The notes beneath the pieces were generated by a model that saw nothing but the letters and a program-made list of their open reading frames with translations, had not been told where the DNA came from and made no database searches. The translations under genes were made by a program, and so were the position numbers. DNA of 63,262 bases, counting the filler, from Ministeria vibrans ATCC 50519 (taxonomy: Eukaryota > Protista > Filasterea), in assembly GCA_943704425.1 (NCBI GenBank). It is 10 parts of 10 records of this genome, joined end to end, with 100 filler letters (N's around TTAATTAATTAA, not from the genome) between each part and the next. Parts side by side here need not be neighbours in the genome. Positions count along the whole stretch, not along the records: positions 28,752 to 54,865 come from CALSCP010000916.1; 9 more parts are not named here. The stretch is one strand, 5' to 3'. Positions 37,589 to 49,800 of the stretch are shown piece by piece. Numbering within the stretch: position 1 is the stretch's first letter; the number at the start of each line of letters is the position of its first letter.

Positions 37589-40500
37589 CTAACAATCGGA
37601 GGAGGAGGCGACTCCGTTGCCTCGTCGGTACAGAAAAATGTCTCCGTCGTTGACCATTCCCGCCGTCCAGTCCCTCCAAATGCGCCCCACCAGCGCAGCC
37701 TGCAGTGCATCGGTCGGGTCCAGCATCCGCAGTCGTCGTCGCAGCTCAACCGCACTCACATACGTCTCATCCTCGTCAAACACCTTTCCTTTGCCCAGTG
37801 CGAGAATGAGTAGCTCAGTCAGGCGCGTCACACCCCCACTCGCAAAGCTGCTGGCGTCGCGCAGTGCGCTCGTAATGGCCTGGCGTGCGTACCCTCGAAC
37901 GGGCGCAGTGCGCTCGGCCATGGTCAGGTCCTCCTCTGGCACAATCAATGCTCCGCTGTTGCAAAAGTCGCAGAACACCAACACGTTGCCGCCCAGCCAG
38001 AAGACATCGTCGCGGAGAATGGTGGAAAGACTCAAACGTGTCAGTGGACCACCAACAGTCTCACGAGCGTCACTCAGCAGCAGACCACCCCCACTGTCCT
38101 CGGCACCATGCCCAATCAGATGCACAATCAACAGCGAGTCCTGTCCCGCACCCACTCCCGCCTTCGTGGCCAACCGTGTCGTCGCATCCACAATCAGACT
38201 CCTCCTCACTGCGTCACCCTTCTTCGAATCCACCACCGTCTCCACATCACATCCTCGATCGCCCCACATCTTCGCCAGCTGACGAACACTCTTCTGCACC
38301 TCAGGAAGATCGTCAAAGTCCTTCAGCGCAGCATTGCCCGACGACGCATACCGACTCACTCCCACGATCAACACTGACGCATGCGAGTAGATTCCCATTG
38401 CTACACCAACAAGAACGTGTCAAAAACAATTACAATCATATCAAACTACAAATACTAACGAATCGTACCTTCTTGCTTGCACCACCACCTCTTCAGCTTC
38501 AAATTGCACATCCGCTTCTGTCCATCAAAGCGTTTCAGCTCCGCATTCACAACCTCCGCATCGCGATAGTCTTCGGGCCGCTCAGCGACACTCTTCGGCG
38601 CAAACAGCGGATGCAATGGATGCGTCTCGCCCACTGCCAGTGCAAACGGATGCGCAGGCACCACCACAGCACGCCCGCGCCAGCCCCACCGCAGAGACCG
38701 CGTCGACTCACACACAGTCTCAACCAGTCGAGTCCACGTCCGCTCGCACTTGATCGCCTTCTCTCCCAGCATCTCCACTCGAATGAACGACTCGTTGCTG
38801 TTGAGGCGCAGTCGCACAGACTCACACCCGTCCATCGTCAGCGCATTCGTGCATCGTTGCGTCGCTTCAATGTGAATGGCAAGTGGACACGCCCGCCATA
38901 GGGCCACCACAACCAGATGGAAGGTGGCCAGTGACACTGGAAGCTCCTCCCACTTGCCAGTGTCCGCATTGTGCGTCATCTGGTACAGGAACAGCACTGC
39001 GGGCGCCGGTGGTGCGTTCGCCACAAAGGGCGCACTCTCAGGCAGCAGCATCGGGATGAGAAGGTGGTCATGATGCGCATGCACCAGACTGAGGTGCTCC
39101 AGACACGCCATGAATGCTGACACGTCCGTCACATCTGCACCTGCCAGCACAGGGTCGCCGCTGCTCTTTGTCTTGGCCGCCGTCCACACCAGCCACTCCG
39201 CCACCTCCCGACAGAATCCCGCCTCGGACCGTGTTTTTGACTCGTCCAGAGACACAAGCAGGCGCTCGGTGCGCTTCACGTCGACCGAACGACCCGCCTG
39301 CGTCACCTTCGTCAGCATTTCCTTGGCACGCGCACTCCCCGCTCGTTCCCACCGTGCCATCACCACCGAACACAGCAGTTCAACCGCCGAGATCAGCCGC
39401 GGAATGTCAAACACAATTGTGTCCTTCTCGTCCAGCGACTGCGCCGTCGCATCTTGGCGGCACACCACAATGTCCGCCGCAGACTCAAGGTACGGCACAA
39501 GTTCGGCCCGCACCTTTGCCCCGTCCGGCATAAGATCAGTCAACATGACGGATGGCTCAGTGCTCAGCTGGAGCGTGTCAAGGTGTTCGACAGAGGAGAG
39601 CAGTGGAATCTCGTTCAGTCGGGCGGCACGACCAAGCAGGTCCTGTGCACACACATACTCCATCGGCAGCTTGCGTCGTCGCGGTGCGACGTGCAGTGCC
39701 TGTGTGAGTGCGCTGAAGCCCACCTTCTTGCTGCTGCCCACCTGGAAGAACGGCAGAGCAGAGTCGGCAGGCTGCATCAAGTGATCGCCCAACTGCAACC
39801 CAACGAGATGGAACACTCGGTCGGAGACGGCCGCCAGCAGGTCGACGGGAACTGTGTTGTTGGGGAATGTGTCAACGTGAGTGCCCACAATGAGCACACG
39901 GAAGTATGAGTCGTCGGTCGAGGGCACTTGGTGCGCAATGATGTGGGCCCACTTGGACAGGTGTTCGTACTGTCGCTGTGCCTTGACTGGATCGTCCATG
40001 ACAGACAGGTCAAATACAAGCAGGTAGGCCGACTCGGAGCCCATGAAGAGCGCAGGAAGCGAGTCAAACATCTCTTCACCTAACAATAACAGCATCAATA
40101 GGAGTGGAAGACAGTGTTCTTTGTCGTCTGCGCTATACCGGCAAAGTCAAATGTTTCAAGGTCAATGTGGCCCTCGCGCAGTTCAGACTCGAGAAGCGTG
40201 TGCACGGCCGACATGGTGACTGAACTGGGCGTGGGGGCGGCCGGTGGTGGGGTGGATGGGCACGGAGAGGATGGTGATGATGAGGGAGAAGTGGTCGTCG
40301 AGGACGGACTGAGCAGCCTCTTGAACCACTGCAAAACCGAGGTCGCTGTTGGACCGACTGCTTGAGCGGCAGGCTGTGATGTCTGCTGTGCAGTCGTGGT
40401 GGTGGTGGTTGTCGTAGTGGTTGTCGATGGTGTGGTCTGCTGCTCGTCCTCCTCCGCTCGTTGCGCCCTCCAATGAGACTGGCCAGGCGGTGTTCCTCTT

Positions 40501-42381
40501 GCGGCACTGCCTCAAACACGCCTGTCGCCCCATCCAGCACCATTCGCACTCGCTCCAGTCGAGTGGCCACTGACCGATCTGCCTCCGTTGGCAGTGTCTG
40601 TCCGCGCAGTGCACACAGCAGGGCCGTTTTGCCCGCCAGCACTGCCCCCAGACACAACAGTTTGATCGTGCGTGGTTCTACTGATCCTCGCTCAATGGCC
40701 GCCTCAAATGCCCTCTGGTACACGCTGGGAATCAAGAAAAGAACGGCATGTTAAAAACGAGAGAGATGTATTCGTCTGTTGTAGCACTCACGTTTTGACA
40801 AACTGCGCAATGGACCATCGGTGGACTGTCTTGTCTGCACAGTGGACAATCAGTGTGTTCCCATCCGACGAGAACTCAATTGTGTCCACTCTAAACAAAC
40901 ACACAAAAGCGAGTGAGTGAGTAAGTGATGAAAGGAATTGAACACACAAACCTGGAAGGAACTGCAAATTGTGTGAGAATGGTTCCTTTGAATCGGGTCC
41001 ACACTTTGATTGTTCTGTCACCTGATCCACTGTAGATGGTGGTTCCGTCTCGAGACACAGCGACTGAGAGAATATGACTAAAAAGCAGAAACAAGCACAT
41101 ATTAGACAGGTCTTCTCTGCACAATTCAACTCACTTCGTGTGTTCCTTCAATGTCCGCTCGCACTCTCCAGTCAGCACATTCCACACTTTCACCGTCAAG
41201 TCGAATGAGCCACTGATGACGTGTCGTCCGTCAAAGGAAAACACTGCTGACCGGACAGGACTGCAAACGAAGAATATAAGAGACCAAACCACACGGAATA
41301 GTGATTGAGTGACTTACTCAGAGTGTCCACTGAGTGTCTTGAGACACTTTCCACTCACAACAGACCATATTTTGATTGCGTCGTCGGATGACCCACTGAG
41401 CACTGTTTGTCCATCAAATGAGAATGCCACGCACAGCACATAACTGTAAACCACAAAACAATCAATACATCAGAAGAAATTACACTCTTTCTCGATTTGA
41501 ATTACTTTGAATGTCCCTTAAACGTGATTTCACACTTTCCCGTTTGACTGTCCCACAGTTTCATTGTGTGGTCGTCTGAGCCACTCAGTATTTTCGTTCC
41601 GTCCGGTGAAAATCTCACTTCTCCTACAACACTGAAATGCATAAGAATGAACATCAACACACAGAATCACTCTTACTGTGTGTGGTCTTTCAGAATGAGC
41701 AGACACTCTCCCGATTGACTGTCCCACACTCGAACTGTATCGTCAGGACTGCCACAGACCAATTTGAGTCCATTGGGTGAGAAATCAATAGAACAGACAG
41801 CACTACACAAATGAATATTAGACACAGTGACACTCAGTCGGGTATCTCTCTCTTTCTCTAACCTTGTGTGACCAGTGAGAGTGAGAGTGCACTTTCCACT
41901 GTGCATTTCCCACACTCTGACTGACCCGTCCTCTGATCCAGTGACCACTCGCAGTCCATCGGGAGACACTCTCACACTCGACACACCACTAAAAGAAACC
42001 CAAAGATGGTCAGACACCAATCTCCATTGTGTTCATGGTAATTGAAAATGAAATGTCCAATTTGTGCACAACACAACGCACAGAAAGAACGGGTATTCTT
42101 ATTCGTCTCGTTTCAACTTACCCTTCGTGCATGAGTGTTCTGACACACTTTTTGTCTTTCACAGACCACACTTTGGCTGTGCTGTCGCCTGATGCACTCA
42201 CAACCCACTGCTCGTCTGGAGACAGTGTAACTTCATAAATGAAACCAGAGTGACCAGTGAGAGTGACCACTCCACAGTCAACCTGTTCCCCTCCTTTGCC
42301 GTCCACTTCCACCAGCGCAACATGCGATCCTTTGTCAACAGCGACCAGTGAGTCGTCAACAGAGTGGCGAATAGCGGACAT
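37589..42381 (-). CDS. WD40 - Roc GTPase - COR - caspase-like (Peptidase C14) protein; 11 predicted exons; one apparent frameshift near 40470
   Basis: About 8 WD40 repeats. G1 GAVLAGKT, G3 DFAG (spliced), YLLVFDLS, G4 IVGTHVD, then a COR-like region. C14 motifs [17 protein letters not shown] and VFCDFCNSG. All ten GT-AG junctions were checked manually and keep frame. Confidence 0.8.
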
Positions 42382-43875
42382 TCAGTTCTGAAAGAGAAAC
42401 CCCATTTGTTGAGTGATCATAGAACAGTTGAGCACGACACCCTCCCGGTCCAACCGATACTTCACCGCTCTTCCACACCCCCACTCTCTCCCACTCTCTA
42501 CAGCGACAAGAAGAAGAGTGTTCTGTTTTGGCCATATTTTATCCACTGAATGACAAACAAACCAAACCTAATAATAACAAACACACTCTCACCCATGTCC
42601 CACCACCAATACACACACTGTAGCCCAACCATGCCATATGGGCTGTCCCTCACCACAATATCGTCTTCTAGAATTAATTCCAGTTCGACTCGACCGAAAA
42701 CTACATTCGGCCTACCGCCCAACACACACACACAATGCGATCCCACGGCGTCCCAGCAGCCCCCGCACCCCCCACGGCACCCCCCTGCCCCGTGCCGCAC
42801 ACCAATAGCAAGCCCTGTGGCTCTCTGTCGACTCCTTCAAAATTTTAAGGGCTCACCCACACACAAAACACAGACAAAAACGCACAAGGNNNNNNNNNNN
42901 NNNNNNNNNNNNNNNNNNNNNNNNNNNNNNNNNNNNNNNNNNNNNNNNNNNNNNNNNNNNNNNNNNNNNNNNNNNNNNNNNNNNNNNNNNNNNNNNNNNN
43001 NNNNNNNNNNNNNNNNNNNNNNNNNNNNNNNNNNNNNNNNNNNNNNNNNNNNNNNNNNNNNNNNNNNNNNNNNNNNNNNNNNNNNNNNNNNNNNNNNNNN
43101 NNNNACCCCCCTGCCCCGTGCCGCACACCAATAGCAAGCCGTGTGGCTCTCTGTCGACTCCTTCAAAATTTTAAGGGCTCACCCACACACAAAACACAGA
43201 CAAAAACGCACAAGGACTCTGTTCACTCCCGCCAAACGCAGCGAACCACCCACCTCAATCCAGTCTCTTGTGGTGACGGCACCGGCGGCGAGTATTGCAC
43301 AAACTGTAAGCACAGAAACGAAAATGTTTAGTTTCAGCCACAAAAACAAAAACGACTCTGCGGATACTCTGACGAAAATCACCCAGCCAACACGTCAGTC
43401 TGGTCAGAGGCACTCAGCAATCGAGACGAACAATTGAGAGAATTTTTTGAATGATTTTTTTTTTTGGAATTTGTGAAGAAAAAGTCGCCCGATATTTTAT
43501 TAATTATTATTAGTGATCAGTTCACCCTTAAAAATAAACCAGCCCTGGCTAGGTATCCCATATGACCTACCTACGTATTTAAGAGCCAATGTATAGTTGT
43601 GACGACTGTGGCGTCCTCACGGAGGAGATGACCCACCTTTTAACCAAACTCCCGCGACAAAATAGTAAACAATACAGTTGTGAAGTTATATCAGCTGATA
43701 TCCCACCCTACTTTCCCCTTGCCTTGGTCTGGGGATGCATCTTATTAATCACATGACGAGAAAAAATAACAAAGAAATTATATTTTATTGATAAACAAAA
43801 CGCACTCATATGACTCTCCGATTCTCTCCGATTCTCTCAGCACACTCACATTCTCTCCCTCTCTCTTTCAGTCTC

Positions 43876-46800
43876 TCATACATCCGAGTCAAACGTCGGA
43901 GTCAAATCCGACAATGTGAACGCCTGTACATTTGCTGGTTCAGCAGCTCCCGCAAACTCATTTCCACCCGTAGGCCTAATAGGAACAAAAAAAAATGAGT
44001 ACCACAGTCTCTCTTACTATGTCTCTCTCTCCCTCTCTTACTTGAACATGGAGCTCATTCGAAGCATTCCAGCACCGCCCATAGGATCACTATCCACGTT
44101 GTAGAAGGGGTCCGCGGCGGGCGCTCTCCCTCTTGACCTGTACAAAAAACACAATAAATATGAGACACGACAAACAAATTTCAAGAATAGCATACTTTGA
44201 AGAAGAGGAACCGGACGACTTGGGCATCGATGGTAATGAGCAAGAGCAAGGACAGGCGCACGAGGCACACTTCTCCTTGAGCTGTTCACGGTGCTTGAAG
44301 CAGAAGAAGGCAAGGATAGCGGCAACAACGAGGCCAATGACGACGCCCGCGGCAATGCCTGCGGCGCTACCGCCCGACGACGGCTGTGTGTTGATCTGAC
44401 AGAAGTCGCCGGCAAAGGGTGGCAAACATGTACAGTTGTAGCCGTTGACAGTGTCGTTGCAAAGACCGCCGTTGAAGCAGGGCGACGACGCGCACTCGTC
44501 CACCTCCACTTCGCAGTTGGTACTGTTGAATCCACTCGCGCACATGCAAATGTACTCGTCCGTGCCAAACGCATTGACGCACGTCGCGCCGTTGGTGCAC
44601 GGCGACGACAGACACTCGTCGACGTCCAACTCGCAATGGGTGCTCATGTAGCCGCTCGCACAGCTGCACGTGTAGCCGTCCACTCCGTCTGTGCAGGTAG
44701 CGCCGTTCTGGCACGGGCTCGACGCGCACTCGTCGACGTTGGTCTCGCAGTTGGTACCCGTGAATCCACTGGCGCATGTGCACACAAAGTTGTCCACGTT
44801 GTTCGTGCAGGTGGCGCCATTCGAGCAGGGACTCGACGCACACTCGTCCATGTTCGACTCGCAGTTGGTACCCGTGAACCCTGAGGCACAGGTGCACGTG
44901 AAGCCGTCCACATTGTCCGTGCAGGTAGCACCATTCGAGCAGGGGCTCGACGCACACTCGTCCATCTCCGACGCACACACAACTCCTGTGAAACCACTGG
45001 CGCACGTGCACATGTAGCCGTTCACCTGATCGGTGCACGTTGCGCCGTTGGTGCAGGGACTCGACGCGCACTCGTCAATATCCGACTCGCAGTTGATACC
45101 GGTGTAGCCGGCGGTGCAAATACACGTGAACATGTCAACATCGTTGACACAGGTGGAGGCAAACTGACAGGGTGACGAGTCGCATTCGTTGACGGTAAGC
45201 ATGGCAAATTGGGCAGACGAAAGCGACGTCTGCGCACACAGAGCAGTGGTACTGCCGGTACACAAGGCGTTGCGACGGCGACCGTTGCTCGACGGCGGAG
45301 CGTCAGCAAGGGTCCAGGGACCCGGATTGTTCAGCGGAGACGACGAGTAGATGAGTGCATCGGAGCTGGGCGGAGCACCGTTGCCCGTCTCAATCATAAT
45401 CGTGATGGGCGAGCTAAAGTCGGTGCCATTCAGCTCGGGCACGTTGATCGAGACAATCGTGCTGTTATCGGCAACTTCCGCATTGGAGGGCAGCGTCTTC
45501 TCTTCGCCAGTGGGTATGTTGTTCACAAGAAGAGTGCCGCCCGCGGGAATGACACCCTCCGGCACGACAATCGTCACCTTGTCCATGACAAAGGTGCCGC
45601 CAGCACCCGTCGAGTTGAAGCCCGTCAGCTCACAGTTGACACCCACGTAGCCCAAGACGCAGCTGCACAGGAAGCCGTCCACCACGTCGGTACAGGTACC
45701 GTTGTTAGAGCACGGACTGGACGCACACTCGTCGACTTCCGACTCGCACGTGACGCCCGTAAATCCTGACGCACACGTACACGTGAATCCGTCAATGTTG
45801 TCGGTGCAGCTACCTGCATTGGTACACGGACTCGACGCACACTCGTCCATCTCCGAGCCGCACTGCACCCCAGTAAAACCACTGGCACAAGTACATGTAA
45901 AAGCGTCCACGTTGTCGGTACACGTTGCGCCATTCGAACAGGGACTCGACAGGCACTCGTCAAGTTCCGTCTCACACTGCACACCGGTGTAGCCCGACGC
46001 GCACACGCACTCAAACAGGTTCGCCATGGATCCCTCAGAGCACGTGGCGCCATTCGAGCAAGGGCTCGACGCACACTCATCCATGTCCGACTCGCAGTTG
46101 ATGCCGGTGAAACCGGCGGCACACGAACACGTAAAACCGTCGACATTATCTGCGCAGACTCCGCCGTTCGAGCAAGGGCTCGACGCACACTCGTCCACTT
46201 CCGACTCGCACATGACACCAGTAAATCCACTGGCACAGGTGCACACGAAGAGGTCAGGCATGGAGCCCTGCGAGCAGGTGGCACCGTTCGAGCAAGGGCT
46301 CGACGCGCACTCATCCATGTCTGACTCGCAGTTGATGCCAGTGAAGCCGGCGGGACAGGTGCACAGGAAGCCGTTAATCACATTGGCGCAGGTGGCGCCG
46401 CTTGAGCATGGACTCGACACACACTCGTCCTGATCAGCATCGCATACGGTGCCGAAGAAACCGTCAGGACAGGCGCATGTGAACCCATCGACATTGTCGG
46501 TACACGAACCACCGTTGGAGCACGGCGACGAGATGCACTCGTCCAGTTCCGTCTCGCACACCACACCCGTGTAGCCCGAGGCGCACGTGCACATGTAGCC
46601 ATCGACATTGTCGGTGCACGTCGCACCGTTGGAGCACGGACTCGAGCCACACTCGTCAAAGTCAGTCTCACATGTGATGCCCACAAATCCACTGTGGCAG
46701 GCACAGGTAAAGCCATCCACAATGTCGGTACAGGTGCCCGCATTGGTACACGGACTCGACGCACACTCGTCCATCTCCGAGCCGCACTGCACCCCAGTAA

Positions 46801-49800
46801 AACCACTGGCACAAGTACATGTAAAAGCGTCCACGTTGTCGGTACACGTTGCGCCATTCGAACAGGGACTCGACAGGCACTCGTCAAGTTCCGTCTCACA
46901 CTGCACACCGGTGTAGCCCGACGCGCACACGCACTCAAACAGGTTCGCCATGGATCCCTCAGAGCACGTGGCGCCATTCGAGCAAGGGCTCGACGCACAC
47001 TCATTCATGTCAGNNNNNNNNNNNNNNNNNNNNNNNNNNNNNNNNNNNNNNNNNNNNNNNNNNNNNNNNNNNNNNNNNNNNNNNNNNNNNNNNNNNNNNN
47101 NNNNNNNCACTGCACACCGGTGTAGCCCGACGCGCACACGCACTCAAACAGGTTCGCCATGGATCCCTCAGAGCACGTGGCGCCATTCGAGCAAGGGCTC
47201 GACGCACACTCATTCATGTCAGACTCGCAGTTGATGCCGGTGAAACCGGCGGCACACGTACACGTAAAACCATCGATATTATCTGCGCAGACTCCGCCGT
47301 TCGAGCAAGGGCTCGACGCACACTCGTCCACTTCCGACTCGCAATTGATGCCAGTGTAACCGCTGGCGCAAGTGCATGTAAATCCGTCCACGTTGTCGGT
47401 GCATGTAGCGCCATTCGAGCAGGGGCTCGAGGCACACTCGTTGTTTTCCGAGTCACACACAATGCCAAAAAATCCGCTGGCACACGTACAGGTGAATCCA
47501 TCGACAATGTCGATACAGGTGGCCCCATTGGTGCACGGACTCGAGGCACACTCGTCCATGTCCGACTCGCAGTTGACACCGGTGTAGCCGCTGGCGCAAG
47601 TGCATGCAAAGTTGTCGACGTTGTCGGTACAGGTGGCACCGTTGGAGCACGGGCTTGAGGCACACTCGTCCATGTCCGACTCGCAGTTGACACCGGTGTA
47701 GCCGCTGGCGCAAGTACACGTAAAGCCGTCCACGTTGTCAGTGCATGTGGCACCATTCGTACACGGACTCGAGGCACACTCGTCCATTTCGGAGCCACAG
47801 AGAACCCCAGTGAAACCACTCGCGCACGTGCACACATATCCATCGACTCCGTCGGTACAGGTGGCGCCGTTTGAGCACGGACTCGACGCGCACTCGTCAA
47901 CGTCCGTCTCGCACTGGATACCGACAAAGCCGCTGGGACAGGCGCACGAGAAACTATCAAGGCTCTGCGAGCAAGTACCAGTATTTGAACAGGGACTCGA
48001 AGCACACTCGTCAATGTCCGACTCGCAATGAACGCCCGTGTAGCCGGAAACACACTGGCAAATAAAGGCGGCAGGCACATTGACGCAGGTCGCAGAGTTG
48101 ACGCACGGTGACGACGCACACTCGTCTGAGTCCGCCTCGCATTGAATACCAAAGAAACCGGGCGGGCAAGTGCACTCGTAGGCGCCAGGCGTGTTGGCGC
48201 ATGTACCGCCGTTGGAGCAGGGCGACGACAAACACTCATCCATGTCGGACTCGCAGTGCGTGCCAGTGTATCCCTGTGCACACACACACATGTAACCGTC
48301 CACCTGATCGGCGCACGTCGCACCATTCGAGCAAGGACTCGACGCACACTCGTCAATGTTGGTCTCACAATCGAGGCCCGTGTAGCCAATGACACAGGTG
48401 CAAGTGTAGCCATCAATCATTTCTGAGCAGGTTCCACCATGCGCACACGGCATCGAGGCACATTCGTCAACCTCAACGCCACACTGCACACCAGTGTAGC
48501 CCGAGGCGCACGTACACACAAAGCCATCAACATCATCCGCACAAGTGGCGCCATTCGAGCACGGACTCGACGCACACTCATCCACATTGGTCTCGCAGTT
48601 GATGCCAACAAAGCCCGAGGCGCACGTACACCCAAATCCATCGACATTGTCCGAGCAAGTGGCACCATTGGAACATGGGCTCGACGCGCACTCGTCAACG
48701 TCCGACTCGCAGTTGACACCGGTGTAGCCGCTGGCGCAAGTACACGTGAACGCGTCCACGTTGTCGGTGCATGTGGCGCCGTTGGAACACGGCGACGAAG
48801 CACACTCGTCCATTTCGGAGTCACACTGTACACCGGTGAAGCCACTGGCACAAACACACACATAGCCGTCAACGTCGTCGTTACAGGTGGCGCCGTTGGA
48901 GCACGGGCTGGACAGGCACTCGTCGACATTGGTCTCGCAATTGACGCCGACATACCCACTGGCACAAGTACATGTAAAAGCGTCCACGTTGTCGGTACAC
49001 GTTGCGCCATTGGAACACGGACTCGATGCGCACTCGTCCATTTCAGAGCCACACTGTACACCGGTGAACCCACTTGCGCACGTGCACACAAATCCATCGA
49101 CATCGTCAGCACAGGTGGCACCATTGGAGCATGGACTCGAAGCACATTCATCCACGTTGGTCTCACAGTTGGTGCCGACAAAGCCGCTGGCGCACACGCA
49201 CGAGAAGCCCAGAAGTGAGTCCTGACAAGTGGCACCGTTGGAACAAGGGCTCGAGGCACACACCTCCAGGTCGGTCTCACACAGCGTACCGACTGCACCG
49301 GGCGGACAGGTGCATGTAAAACCATCGATGTTGTCGGTGCACGTGCCGGTGTTCTGGCACGGACTCGAGGCACACTCGTTGTTTTCCGAGTCACACACAA
49401 TGCCAAAAAATCCGCTGGCACACGTACAGGTGAATCCATCGACGATGTCGATACAGGTGGCCCCATTGGTGCACGGACTCGAGGCACACTCGTCCATGTC
49501 CGACTCGCAGTTGACGCCGGTGTAGCCGCTGGCGCAAGTGCATGCAAAGTTGTCGACGTTGTCGGTACAGGTGGCACCGTTGGAGCACGGGCTTGAGGCA
49601 CACTCGTCCATGTCCGACTCGCAGTTGACACCGGTGTAGCCGCTGGCGCAACNNNNNNNNNNNNNNNNNNNNNNNNNNNNNNNNNNNNNNNNNNNNNNNN
49701 NNNNNNNNNNNNNNNNNNNNNNNNNNNNNNNNNNNNNNNNNNNNNNNNNCATGCAAAGTTGTCGACGTTGTCGGTACAGGTGGCACCGTTGGAGCACGGG

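Noticed and set aside
42780-43216. ~110-bp direct repeat upstream of the Roco gene
   Set aside because: The copies flank an N gap and differ by about one base. This cannot be distinguished from a gap-overlap or allelic artefact.
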